DNA of 64,000 bases from positions 14,508,001-14,572,000 of the forward strand of contig CM069147.1 in the NCBI GenBank assembly GCA_035221665.1. Reading direction: 5' to 3'. The notes under the pieces are model-generated. The model was not told the origin of the DNA. It did no database searches and worked only from the letters and a program-made list of their open reading frames with translations. Source of the stretch: Okamejei kenojei (lineage: Eukaryota). Shown piece by piece: positions 11,344 through 22,615 of the stretch. The stretch's first letter is position 1. The number at the start of each line of letters is the position of its first letter. The translations under genes were made by a program, and so were the position numbers.

Positions 11344-11658
11344 AGTGCCGCTGATCGCGCGGGCCGGCAAACCGGGGACACATGGCGCCGGCGTTCACCA
11401 CGGGAGGAAGAATTTAGCGGGATAATTAGGGTACAAATCGGGATGGCGGGAAGGGAACCTAAAAAGCGGGAATATCCCGCCAAAAGCGGGATAGTTGGGA
11501 GGTCTGTCAGCGGGACAGGCAGCATCTCTGGAGCGAGACAATGGGTGATGTTTCGGGTCGAGACACTTCTTCATACTGAGAGTCAGGGGAGAGGGAAACT
11601 AGAGATATGGAAGAGTACAAAGACAATGTAGGGTGTGAAAATGACAGATCAAAGCAGA

Positions 11659-13113
11659 GGTAACCCCACTTTTTAAAAAGGGAGGGAGAGAGAAAACGGG
11701 GAATTACAGTCCAGTTAGTCAACATCGGTAGTGGGGAAACTGCTAGAGTCAATTATTAAAGATGGGATAGCAGCGCATTTGGAAAGTGGTGAAATCATTG
11801 GACAAAGTCAGCATGGATTTACGAAGGGTAAATCATGTCTGACGAATCTTATTGAATTTTTTGAGGATGTAACTAGTAGAGTAGATAAGGGAGAAGCAGT
11901 GGATATGTTGTATCTGGACTTTCAGAAGGCTTTCGACAAGGTCCCACACAAGAGATTGGTATACAAACTTAAAGCACACGGTATTGGTGGTTCAGTATTG
12001 ATGTGGATAGAGAACTGGCTGGCAGACAGGAAGCAAAGAGTAGGAGTGAACGGGTCCTTTTCAGGATGGCAGACAGTGACTAGTGGGGTGCCGCAAGGCT
12101 CAGTGCTGGGACCCCAGCTATTTACAATATACATTAATGATTTGGACGAGGGAATTAAATGCAACATCTCCAAGTTTGCGGATGACACGAAGCTGGGGGG
12201 CAGTGTTAGCTGTGAGGAGGATGCTAGGAGGCTGCAGGATGACTTGGATAGACTGGGTGAGTGGACAAATGCATGGCAGATGCAGTATAATGTGGATAAA
12301 TGTGAGGTTATCCACTTTGGTAGCAAAAACAGGAAGGTAGACTATTATTTGAATGGTGACCGATTAGGAAAAGGGGAGATGCAGCGAGACCTGGGTGTCA
12401 TGGTACACCAGTCATTGAAAGTAGGCATGCAGGTGCAGCAGGCTGTGAAGAAAGCGAATGGTATATTGGCATTCATAGCAAAAGGATTTGAGTACAAGAG
12501 CAGGGAGGTTCTACTGCAGTTGTACAGGGTCTTGGTGAGGCCACACCTGGAGTATTGCGTACAGTTTTGGTCTCCTAATCTGAGGAAAGACATTCTTGCC
12601 ATAGAGGGAGTACAGAGAAGGTTCACCAGACTGATTCCTGGGATGGCAGGACTTCCATATGAAGAAAGACTGGATAGACTCGGCTTGTACTCGCTGGAAT
12701 TTAGAAGATTGAGGGGTGATCTCATAGAGACTTACAAAATTCTTACGGGGTTGGATAGGCTAGATACAGGAAGATTGTTCCCGATGTTGGGGAAGTCCAG
12801 GACAAGGGGTCACAGTTTAAGGATAAGGGGGAAGTCTTTTAGGACCGAGATGAGAAAATCGTTTTTCACACAGAGAGTGGTGAATCTGTGGAATTCTCTG
12901 CCATAGAAGGTAGTTGAGGCCAGTTCGTTGGCCATATTTAAGAGGGAGTTGGATGTGGCCCTTGTGGCTGAAGGGATCAGGGGGTATGGAGAGAAGGCAG
13001 GTACAGGATACCGAGTTGGATGATCAGCCATGATCATATTGAATGGCGGTGCAGGCTCGAAGGGCCGAATGGCCTGCTCCTGCACCTAATTTCTATGTTT
13101 CTATGTTTCTATG
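11659..13113 (+). mobile_element. CR1/HER1 LINE, 5'-truncated, young (RT ORF 11731..12906)
   Basis: QHGF, YLDFQKAFDKV, GVPQGSVLGP and KFADD motifs; 3' tail (tttctatg)n. Confidence 0.95.
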
Positions 13114-13627
13114 ATCAAGGAAATGTAGAATTGTTCATTGTTGGCAGATGGGAAGGAAATCATGTCGTTCCCTCACTCCTTTGGAGCTTTTCAAGGTTGC
13201 ACTACATTGTTCCAGTAAGGACCATTGTTAGGCTCCTCCAGGACAATTAAATCTTCCCAGTTCAACGCCGGATCGATGCCCATGTCAGGTAAGGTCTCTA
13301 CTTAACTTTAATCATTTCTTGCATCTCCTGCCAACCTCCCCAGACCCACTCCAAAATGCTAAGGCCCCAGTCTTGTAATCCTCCTGACCCCCAGTCATGC
13401 ATATGCCTGATCCTGTGAACTCACACCTGGTAACTTCACAATACAAGTAGCTTCTGATGTCCCACCAGCCTGCAGATTACACCAGAATGTCAAAGTCATT
13501 AACATGCGTTTTTATTTTCTGATCTTACAATTGACGGTGTTATGTTGTATTTGTTTAATTATCTTGAATTTCAGAATACAGGTCAGTTGTTTCATCGGCG
13601 ATTACCGATTACACTCTGAATCACTTA

Positions 13628-13722
13628 TTCTGAAGAAGGGTTCCGATCTGAAACGCCACCTATTCTTTTTCTCTGGAGATGCTGCCTGACCTGTTGAGTT
13701 GCTCCGGAATTTTGTGTCTACC
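13628..13722 (+). mobile_element. Hammerhead-type short repeat, half copy
   Basis: ctgaagaagggttccgatctgaaacgccacc...gatgctgcctgacc. Confidence 0.7.
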
Positions 13723-14137
13723 AATTACACTCAGTGAGCTGAGCCCGTCTTTCTGAACGCATTCTCCAGAACGAGTTACATAATTTCCACGGTTAAAATT
13801 ACACATCAGTGTATCACTGAATAAAAGACACTCACAATGAAATTCCATTCACTCAGTTTCCATCAAATGCAATTTCAGGCATTACCTGTGCTATGTTGAC
13901 CACCTGATGCTAGTTCAGAGATGATGGACACTGTTAAGGATGCCCCCAATTCCTACTCCTCGTTGGCACCTTTCTCCAGTCTCATTGCTCGGTGCCATTT
14001 AATACATGGAAAAGACTATGGTCACTTGACAAGCTACGACCACTGTTTTGAGAGACACAGAGACCACAGACTTCGAGAATCACAGAAATTTACTGGGAGT
14101 CACTTGGCCATTATATCCCTTGGCCACCTAGGCCCCA

Positions 14138-14222
14138 ATCTGAAGAAGGGTCTCGACCTGAAACGTCACCTGTTCCTTTTCTCCAGCGATGCTGCCTGAC
14201 TTGCTGAGTTACTCCAGCTTTG
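14138..14222 (+). mobile_element. Hammerhead-type short repeat, half copy with intact core
   Basis: ctgaagaagggtctcgacctgaaacgtcacc...gagttactccagc. Confidence 0.75.
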
Positions 14223-14719
14223 ACATAGACTTGCTCAGACGCACACTCACTGCCTTGGACCATAATCGAGTGGGGGCTTCATCCACGGGCACATTCCAAC
14301 TCTTGTTCAGTTGTCTCCCGCTGCTTTTCGTTACGAGAGCAGTTGATATCCTGACAACAATGGGTGTAAAATATCTCTTATCTTCCTTGAATGTCTTTTC
14401 CCTGTGGCTTTTACCTCACCAGATGAACCCATTCACCAGAGGGGACAGTTTTTTTCTCAACTTTTGGTCCAGATGATAAAATCTGGAAAGCGCTGCCCGA
14501 TGAGCTGATGGTGACCGGGAATCCTCACAACATTTAAGAAATATTTAGATAAGCGCTTGAAACACCATGGCAGGAAAATACAAGCCAAGTGGCAGAAAAT
14601 GGGGTCAGTACAATTAGGCACTCACGGCCGTCCTGGACTTGGTGAAGCTGTATGGCTCTAATCCCTTGGAAGTGCTTTCATGTTTTTTGCAGATCCACAA
14701 CTGTAACTGTTATATGTGG

Positions 14720-14940
14720 CAACTGAACCATCCAACCAGAGCGTAGTCCTGAGCTACTAACTACCTCATTGGAGACCCTCAGACTATCTTTGATCGGACT
14801 TTACTGGACTTTATCTTGCACTAAACTTTATTCACATTTTTCCATTTATCATGTATCTGTACAGTGTGGGTGGCTCGATTGTAATTGTGCATTGCCTTTC
14901 GGCTGACTGCTTAGCATGCAACAAAAGCTTTTCACTGTGA
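14720..14940 (+). mobile_element. Rex1/L2-like LINE 3'-UTR remnant (related ends at ~1900, 36420, 41330, 55590, 57620, 61360)
   Basis: Shared end gcatgcaacaaaagcttttcactg...gtgacaataaa. Confidence 0.5.
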
Positions 14941-15444
14941 AATGGGAATGTTTTAGTTGTCAATTATATTAAATTCTGTACTGTAGTGTATAGTCAATGT
15001 TTGATATGCTGTGGGGCACAATGTGATTGGCCTCAGCACAACATTTGCCTGTATAATGCTGTATGCTGACTACCATCAGAGATGTTGCAAAAATGAAACT
15101 AAGCACCAAGCTATTCATCAGCAAACATCCCCATTTATGGTGTAATGATAGAAGGAAGATAATTTGTGAAAGAACTGCTGAAGACTGGGCTCAGAACAGA
15201 CATAAATGGCTGAAGGGCCTGTTCCTAAAATGAATCTTTCCTATGTTATTCAGTATATTATTCTTAGTGCCTTGAGGTCCATGTGTGTTTATTAATCACG
15301 TGTGCTACGTATCAAAGGCCTTCTGAAAGTGTAAACTTACATCCACCGATTCCCCTGAACTATTCTGCTGGTTACATCAAAAACACTTGACAGATGCGTT
15401 GAACATCATTCCCCTTTCATTCACCCAAACTGACAATGTCCGGT

Positions 15445-15540
15445 AGGACATAAAGTGCTGGAGTAACTCAACGGATCAGGCAGCATCTCTGGGAAACATG
15501 GACAGGTGATGTTTCGGGTCGGGACCCTTCTTCAGACCCG
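15445..15540 (-). mobile_element. Hammerhead-type short repeat, core in FHOD-sense orientation
   Basis: Minus strand reads gggtCTGAAGAagggtcccgacccGAAAcatcacct. Confidence 0.7.
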
Positions 15541-15609
15541 ACCACTTGACACTTCCCAGATATGTTATTATTTTCCGAATGTCCTATTCCCACTTCCTTA
15601 CAGATAATA

Positions 15610-16000
15610 GGTCCCCACATTGTGTATCATAGACGTGGCCCGGGACGGCCAATCAAGCGATGCTAAAGACGTTGATGTGTCAAAGTCAAAAGAGTTTATT
15701 GTCGTGTGTCCCTGACAGGACAATGACATTCTTTCTTTGCTTAGCACAACAGAACATAGTAGGCATTGACTACAAAACAGATCAGTGTGTCCATATACCA
15801 TTATATACGTAAATACGCACATGAATGAATAAATCGATAAAGTGCAAATGTTAGAGACAAAAGAGGAGCTTGCCAGCTGCATGGAGGACAGAGATGTGTG
15901 GTGCGTCCGTCACCATGCCCGTCGGAAACCAGCACCCCTGTGTCGCTAATTTTTCAATGATTTAATAAAATAATAAATAAAATAATAACAAATAATAACA
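15610..16000 (+). mobile_element. RTE/RTEX-like LINE 3' end interrupted by an antisense Rex1-like piece (~15690-15852)
   Basis: RRGPGRP and EELASCMEDRDVW peptides typical of RTE-type C-termini; (AAT)-rich tail. Confidence 0.45.
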
Positions 16001-16135
16001 TTTTCCATACTACTGATAGTTATAGCACTAGTGCTCAGTTAAAGCGTCTAATTCATGGTAACTTATGTCAGTTGACCACCATGGTATGTTACGTCAGTCG
16101 ATGATAACTAACGTCAACAGAAGTGGGCAACTTAC

Positions 16136-16239
16136 CATCAGAGGTTCTTTCCATGGATGTTGACATCACATGGTGTAAACATGATTTGTTCACATCCCTC
16201 TCTCTTTGCGTTGCGACGAGATTTTCTAAAAAGCGATTT
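16136..16239 (-). CDS. FHOD1: FHOD exon (NRFLENLVATQRERDVNKSCLHHVMSTSMERTSD)
   Basis: 104 nt, phase 2-1; acceptor ttctttcag, donor G|gtaagt; matches FHOD1 ARFLENVAAAETEK. Confidence 0.88.
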
Positions 16240-17013
16240 CTGAAAGAATTACAGCAGCAACTCAGAACACATTCATGCAATATGTTTTTTTCAATCCAGA
16301 CTTGTCTGGGGTCCCACAGCATGCCACACAACACCAACCACGCAGTTAAATAAATTAATCATTTTTCATTGCAGAGCGAACATTGTACAAGTATTGTACA
16401 ATACCATATACATCAAAGCAGCTTTTTTTCCCACATTCACCTTCAGTTTTGAACTGGTGGGAGAAGCTACTCAATCAAGATCAAAATTCACAAGAAGGAA
16501 AATCACACCCAATTTCCAAAAGAAAGATAATAACCACCGCACACTCACCATGGCCCAGCCACCACTACATGACGTCTGTTAGGATATTCCACCTATTATA
16601 GGCCAGTCACTTGCAAAATAAACACACGTATATAGTCGTGCAGCAGGGTTGGTCTCTAAAAATCGACTAATTGTCAATTCATTTTAAACACGAATTGAAA
16701 CAATCAATATAACTGGTTTAATGAAAGCTCAAATTGTATTTAAGATTTGCAGTGTAGAAACTGATGCTGGTTTGAGATACAGAGCACCAGCCTACCCAAG
16801 TGCAATAACTTGAGTGCATAACTTGATCAATCCGTTTCCATTCCTTTGTTGGAATAGGATCGGCTTAAATGTCTCAACCTTGCTTAATTTTGTACCGGCC
16901 TATAATAAAATGTCACCCCAAAAGTTAGAACCTGTACCAAGAAAAGACAAATCGCAAAGCAGACATAATGTAGCTCATACACTTAGCATCTTCATTCCTC
17001 AACCAATACTTAC

Positions 17014-17061
17014 CCATACTTTTGCAGAACTGGTTTATCCTTAATCTGAATCCTCTCAGCC
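17014..17061 (-). CDS. FHOD1: Candidate 48-nt FHOD cassette exon (AERIQIKDKPVLQKY)
   Basis: Acceptor tctttttctcag, donor GG|gtaagt; phase 2-2 and open, fitting between exons 20022 and 16239. Confidence 0.65.
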
Positions 17062-17304
17062 CTGAGAAAAAGACCAGTTTCAAGATCCATTGTCATTAAC
17101 AAGTCACTGCTGGCATTGGAAATGGTTGGTTCATAATTTCCAATATTAATGAGTAATGATTTTATTGCCCTATCATTAAATGAAAGCTCCCTTGAAGCAA
17201 GTGACATAGTCATTGTATCGACAGTGCACCCCAGGTGCAGCCATTCATTGTCATTAGAATCCAAAATAATCTAATGTGGAAAGCCATTAATCCCTATCAA
17301 CATA

Positions 17305-17610
17305 AGACATGGAAGCAGAATTAGGCCATTTGGCCCATCAAGTCTACTCTGTAATTTGATCGTGGCTGATCTATTTTTCCTTCTCAACCCCATTCTCCTT
17401 CCTTCGACAACCTTCCTTCGACAACCCCATTCCTGTAACCTTCGACAACCTTACTAATCAAGAACCTATCAATCTCACCCTTAAAAATACACAATGACTT
17501 GTACTCCAGAGCCAATGAATTCCACAGATTCATCACCCACTGGCTAAAGAAATTGCTCCTCATTTCCATTTTAAAGGTTTATTCTGAGGCTGTGCCCTCT
17601 GGTCCTCGAC
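17305..17610 (-). mobile_element. CR1/HER1 3' fragment
   Basis: EMRSNFFSQWVMNLWNSL peptide and 3' UTR. Confidence 0.8.
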
Positions 17611-18374
17611 TTAACCTTTAAACACTAATTGAAACAACCAATATAACTGGTTTAATGACAGTAATTTATTATTATAAAAGCTCAAGCTGCATTTAAGTTT
17701 TCTGTTCTCACCACATAAAATGTATTTGCTGTACCTTTGCCACCTGCCAACCAACCATCTCTTTATGCACAGGACATATCCATAAGCATTAGGGTCGGCA
17801 TCCAAAGATGCACCAATGCTCATCTTTACCCAAAGCCAACAATTTCATCTATTTGACTGTCATTGGCATTATCTTCCTGCCCAATGTGAAATTATGCATG
17901 AGATACTGGTTAGGTTAAAGACTTCCAGTTAACCTTGGCAAAAAAATTGCAGCTTCTTTCAGGACCTTCTTTACAGCCTGAACCCAATGATAGGCAAAGA
18001 GTGCGCTATTAAACTCTAATCTCAATTTTCAGCTTCTGCCAACTTCACTGATTTCACCAGTGTACACAGTCTCTTGCCACCTGTGAAAACCTCATTTACA
18101 TTTTCTTCTTGTTATCTCCAGTGTTCTCCCTAATCGTTTCTTGTGGCCCACACTGTTTAAACCCAAACTCACCCAGTTCTGCACCCTTAATCGTACCCTA
18201 TTCTGTTTGCCTTTGGTCACTGTTCACCACTCACCCATGTACTTGCCTCCACTCTCCACTGCTATCCCCTTGTACATCCACGTTTGTTGGCACAGGGTTC
18301 TGCTAACTTCCTCCTTCTTACCCAAATTCCTCTGCTTAATATCCTTGTTAAAAAAGCATGCCTGTACTATACAT

Positions 18375-18932
18375 TGTGTAGGAAGGAACAGCAGATGCTG
18401 GTTTACACCGAAGATAAACACAAAATGCTGGAGTAACTCAGTGGGCCAGGTAGCATCACTAGAGAGAAGGAACGGGTGACTGGTCGCTTCTTCAGACTGA
18501 TAGTCAGGGGAGAGAGAGACTATAGATGTGGAAGAGTAAGGTGTGATCTCATTGAAACATATACGATTATTAAGGGTTTGGGCACGCTAGAGGCAGGAAA
18601 CATGTTTCCGATGTTGGGGGAGTTCAGAACTAGGGGCCACTGTTTAAGAATAAGGGGTAAGCCATTTAGAACGGAGATGAGGTAACACTTTTTCACACAG
18701 TGGGTTGTGAGTCCGTGGAATTCTCTGCCTCAGAGGGCGGTGGAGGCCAGTTCTCTGGAAACTTTCAAGAGAGAGCTAGATAGGGCGCTTGACGATAGCG
18801 GAGTCAGGGGATATGGGGAGAAGGCAGGAACGGGGTACTGATTGTGGATGATCAGCCCTGATCACATTGAATGGCAGTGCTGGCTTGAAGGGCCGTATGA
18901 CATACTCCTGCACCTATTATCTATTGTCTATT
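18375..18932 (+). mobile_element. Hammerhead-type repeat (18375-18540) followed by a CR1 3' fragment (18541-18932)
   Basis: DLIETY..IKG...RGH.LRIRGKPFRTEMR; tail tctattgtctattg. Confidence 0.8.
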
Positions 18933-19349
18933 GACACCATTCACAGATATTTATTTTATTTTTTCTCTTTTGATCTGAATTTCATTTCCCCATCTGCCAT
19001 GTAAACTCAAGCCTCTGAATCATTAATCTAGGCCTCTGAATTAAAAGTATTAAAAAAGTACCCGTGTAAATGTAACCATAATGTTATTGTATCCCATTGT
19101 TGCAGGGGTAAATGGGGTAAATTTAAGTCAAAATGTTTGTTTTTACCAAGTCTCAATTCAAATTTGATTGATAATGTAAGTATGCATTATTGTCCAACAT
19201 AAAGGTCCTACTCTGTCAAGCCACCAGGAAGTCATCAACTAAATTCTAGAAATTGGTAATAGATATCATGGTGTTGTTATGGTTAGTGAGGATAATAAAT
19301 TTAGCGTACCAACTGGTTGGTGTTAAAATGGAATTTAATTGGAATTCTC

Positions 19350-19725
19350 TGGAAAACATGGTTAGGTGACTTTTCGGTTCAAGGCCTTCTTCAGACTCTC
19401 GGTCTGGAACTGTTTGTGGAATCCAGATGAGCTGACGGCCTCGGCCTGTTGGCGGCTGGAGGAGCGGTGAGGTTCGGCAGAGTCAGTGGCTCTGCAGCCT
19501 GGCCTGGCGATGAAGGATTGCTATGGAAGCAGCTGGGGTGGTGGCGCAGGTCGGCGGCAGCTTCAGTGGTCCTGACCCCAGAGAGACCGCTGTACGTCTT
19601 CCGACGGCATTCCTGGCAGGAGGGTGTGTGGCGTGCTCCGGCTGTGGGTCTCAGCCACACACCCTTCATGCTCTCCAGAGAAGCTGCTTGACGTGCTGAG
19701 TTACTCCAGCACTTGGTGTCCTTCA
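19350..19725. mobile_element. Palindromic hammerhead-type repeat enclosing a ~270-bp GC-rich insert
   Basis: Left arm ...ggtgacttttcggttcaaggccttcttcagact; right arm atgctctccagagaagctgc...gagttactccagcac. Confidence 0.55.
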
Positions 19726-20021
19726 TCATTGCGCAAGTGTTGATCAAAGCAATTGTTTGTCAACTTCAATGAAATTGCTGGTCAATTTCAATTCAATCTG
19801 CAGTGTAACTAACACCCTGTGCTCTTAAAGAGACAGTGGTGTCTGATTAGTGTGGGGATAGTCCATTTATTACAACAGTAATCCATTACAAAGAGGTTCA
19901 TGATAACAAAGGTTTACTGTACTTTAAAGTTTCACCTTGATCCCAGTTACTCCAGTCAAAATCAACCTTCAAATGCAAAAACAAGATCATATCTAAAATC
20001 CCTCTTAGTGATCTGACTTAC

Positions 20022-20129
20022 TTGAAAATACTTCTTTCTCCAGGGCCTGCTTTCTCAGTTTTGTTTTCTGAATTCTCATTCAGCAAATCTGACTTACTAA
20101 ATGATGGATATGAATTTTTCACAGTAGGC
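20022..20129 (-). CDS. FHOD1: FHOD exon (PTVKNSYPSFSKSDLLNENSENKTEKAGPGERSIFK)
   Basis: 108 nt, phase 2-2; acceptor tctctgcccacag, donor AA|gtaagt; ERSIFK corresponds to FHOD1 ERSIYK. Confidence 0.85.
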
Positions 20130-21324
20130 CTGTGGGCAGAGAAAATATAGATATTTAAACATATATACTTAACAATAAAATTCTCGTTAAATAAAAGAGC
20201 AGAAAATAGAGTAAAATGTCCCAATAACCTTACAGTGAATTCCCACGGTGATCTCACCCAAAGGGGAGACTCATCATCAGAATCAACAGACTGAACTATT
20301 TCCTGTCATCAATAACCTTCAGTATCAGCCTGGTACATTGTCACTGAGTCATTGAGATATTACAATACCAAATAATTGTTTCGTGGATCGCGATTCTTAC
20401 TAGTACACAGGCTTTGGAAAAACAACATTAAAAATAAATGTATTGAAATAATAAATGTACTGAAAAACCATGAGGAAGAAAACCCAAGTGTTTTGGTACC
20501 TAGAAAAACATTTACTGTGCATTTACCTCTAGTTTATGACATAATATAATTTGATGAATATCAGTTAGAAAAGCTTCATGGTTTGACTTTACTTTTAAAA
20601 GATACAGGTTTTAAGAGCTCAGGTAGTGGCTCAGGAAATCAAACAAAAATGATATGCGGATACTGAAACTCAGTATAGAAAAACTTGAAAGGTTTGATTT
20701 TCAGGAGTGGATTATGTGGGTAAAATTCTCAAAACCAAAATTCTACAGAGTAAAAAGCTATCCAGTAAAAAAAAAAATTCTTATTGTAAATCGTGACTAT
20801 TTTTCTATCATTGACAGGAGAAATTTCAATCGCGTATTGAAATTGTATAATGATTATAATACAAATTCCATCTACTTAATAATAATATTTTATTCTTCAA
20901 AGAGCATATCTATTGACTCATCCAGGCTGCCATGCATTTTTTTTTTCAATTCAATCTAGATCTCTATGCCGTTCTAAGGCAGTGAGAGGGGAATTTTGAT
21001 GGATGAGTTCATAAGCATTTGATACAGTCAGAATCATGTCTCTGACTCCTGAATAACTAAGGGAAGTGAAAAACTGATGAAAGAGTTTGTCAATGAAGAC
21101 TAAGGCAATTAAAGAATGCTAAATAACAGAAGTATTCAAAGGCATCTATAGGGGATAATATTAATTCAATCCATTAACCACCTATGTTCAAAAATACATT
21201 TCTTAAACCTCTCGTTGTTCAACAATACCTTGCACTCAACCAAATGGTCCCCAGCTCAGAGTTTCACTTTGGATTTGTGAGTGCACATACAGAATTTTGA
21301 CTGTTAAACCAATTTTCAGAGATG

Positions 21325-21530
21325 GAAATACAAGAGACTGCTGATGCTGGAATATTGAGCTAAAATAACTCAGCAGGTTAGGCAGCATCTGTGGAAGGAA
21401 ATGAACAGGCGACACATCGGGTCTAGACTGAAGTCTGAAGAAAAGTCCCAACCTGAAAACATCACCATTCTATTTCCCTCTACAGATGCTGACTGACCTG
21501 CATAGTTCCTCCAGCACTTTTTGTTCTCAT
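21325..21530. mobile_element. Palindromic hammerhead-type repeat, degenerate
   Basis: ctgctgatgctgg...agactgaagtctgaagaa...gaaaacatcacc...ttcctccagcac. Confidence 0.65.
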
Positions 21531-21607
21531 CTCCAGAGATAATAGCTATCACTGTTATTGGCGAGCCATGAAAATGTCCCGATCAAGATAACAAAAGTAA
21601 GACAAAC

Positions 21608-21712
21608 CTGGAGGAGCTCGGGGAGCTCTCATCTGGTGCTTGACTAACAACCCTAGGTCTTGATGGAAACGTGAAAGATGTTGCTACATAATGGCTGACG
21701 TAGGAGCATTCC
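21608..21712 (-). CDS. FHOD1: Candidate 105-nt FHOD cassette exon (ECSYVSHYVATSFTFPSRPRVVSQAPDESSPSSS)
   Basis: Acceptor ctctgtcctttgacag, donor AG|gtttgt; phase 2-2 and open; Ser/Pro-rich like its neighbours. Confidence 0.5.
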
Positions 21713-22039
21713 CTGTCAAAGGACAGAGCTGTGAGAGAATGAACTGGGCAAAGAGCAGCAGGACAAAGTTATCACATTAACACTGCATGGCATGTTTGAT
21801 AAGTTGCAAGCTATACATGCCACAAGATTGTTAAATAGCTTAATGAAAGATGAGAGCAGAAGCGTTGATATGTAATAGTAATGTAAATATCAGCATTTCA
21901 TGCAGACTAAAAATCTTACATCAAGTATTTCTGATAACTGAAAGGAGCCGCAGAACCATTATGGAAGAGTTGTTATTTTAAATCAGCAGCATTGAACTTA
22001 CTTTATGATGCAGGAACAGAAATTCAGATTGAGTTATAA

Positions 22040-22422
22040 GGCCACAAGGTCATAAGGGATAGGCTCATCAAGTCTCTTCCGGCCCATAAAGTCCCCTCCA
22101 CCATTCAATCATGGCTGATCTATCTCTCCCTCTTAACCCTATTATCCTGCCTTCTCCCCATAACCTCTGACACTTGTACTAATCAAGAATCTATCTATCT
22201 CTGCCTTAAAAATATCCACTGACCTGGCCTCCACAGCCTTCTGTGGCAAAGAATTCCACAGATTCACCACCATCTGACTAAATAAATGTATCCTCATCTC
22301 CTTCCTAAAAGAACATCCTTTAATTCTGAGGCTATGACCTCTAATCCTAGACTCTCCTACTAGTGGAAACGTCCTCCCCACATCCACTCTATCAAAGCCT
22401 TTCACTATTCGGTAAGTTTCAA
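22040..22422 (-). mobile_element. CR1/HER1 3' fragment
   Basis: ORF 22142..22432 IETYRIVKGFDRVD...NLWNSLPQ. Confidence 0.85.
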
Positions 22423-22615
22423 TTTTGTTCAATTCTTCAATATTTCAATTCAGTTGTTAGTCTGCTAGTAGATTAAAGGATTCCATGAAGAAGTGGTTTT
22501 GTAAAACCCCAGCACCATGTGGCACGCCCAGGAACCACAACCAGCAGAAGATAATCAGCAGAAATTCAGGAATCTCTTGTATGTTCTAATTCATGGACAA
22601 AAGCCCAGAATTTCA

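Larger units (their letters stand above)
10434..11506. mobile_element. Non-autonomous DNA transposon with 13-bp TIR and 6-bp TSD
   Basis: TIR cagacctcccaac (10434-10446) / gttgggaggtctg (11494-11506); TSD tcagcg at 10428-10433 and 11507-11512; subterminal aaaattcata and gcggga repeats. Confidence 0.85.
10318..13150. mobile_element. Hammerhead-type short repeat split by three insertions (pieces ~10318-10365, 10421-10433, 11507-11658, 13111-13150)
   Basis: The pieces join into the consensus ggaactgcagatgctgg...gagtaactcagcgggacaggcagcatctctgg...ttcttca.act...gacagatcaaagcaga..atgatcaaggaaatgtag. Confidence 0.7.

Noticed and set aside
10614-11631. Several 100-200-aa Arg/Gly/Pro-rich ORFs
   Set aside because: Produced by the GC-rich minisatellite inside a non-coding transposon; no domain similarity.
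13886-13930. 45-nt phase 1-1 open segment ending CAG|gtaatg
   Set aside because: Frame-compatible, but the acceptor lacks a polypyrimidine tract and there is no homology support.
14251-14350. Exon-like segment (ttgtcag| ... |gtgagt) on the minus strand
   Set aside because: Open only as phase 2-0, which is incompatible with its phase-1 neighbours.
20258-20302. Possible 45-nt exon or alternative first exon (ATG ATG AGT CTC CCC TTT GG|gtgaga)
   Set aside because: As an internal phase-2 exon it has an immediate stop; there is no promoter evidence for a first exon.
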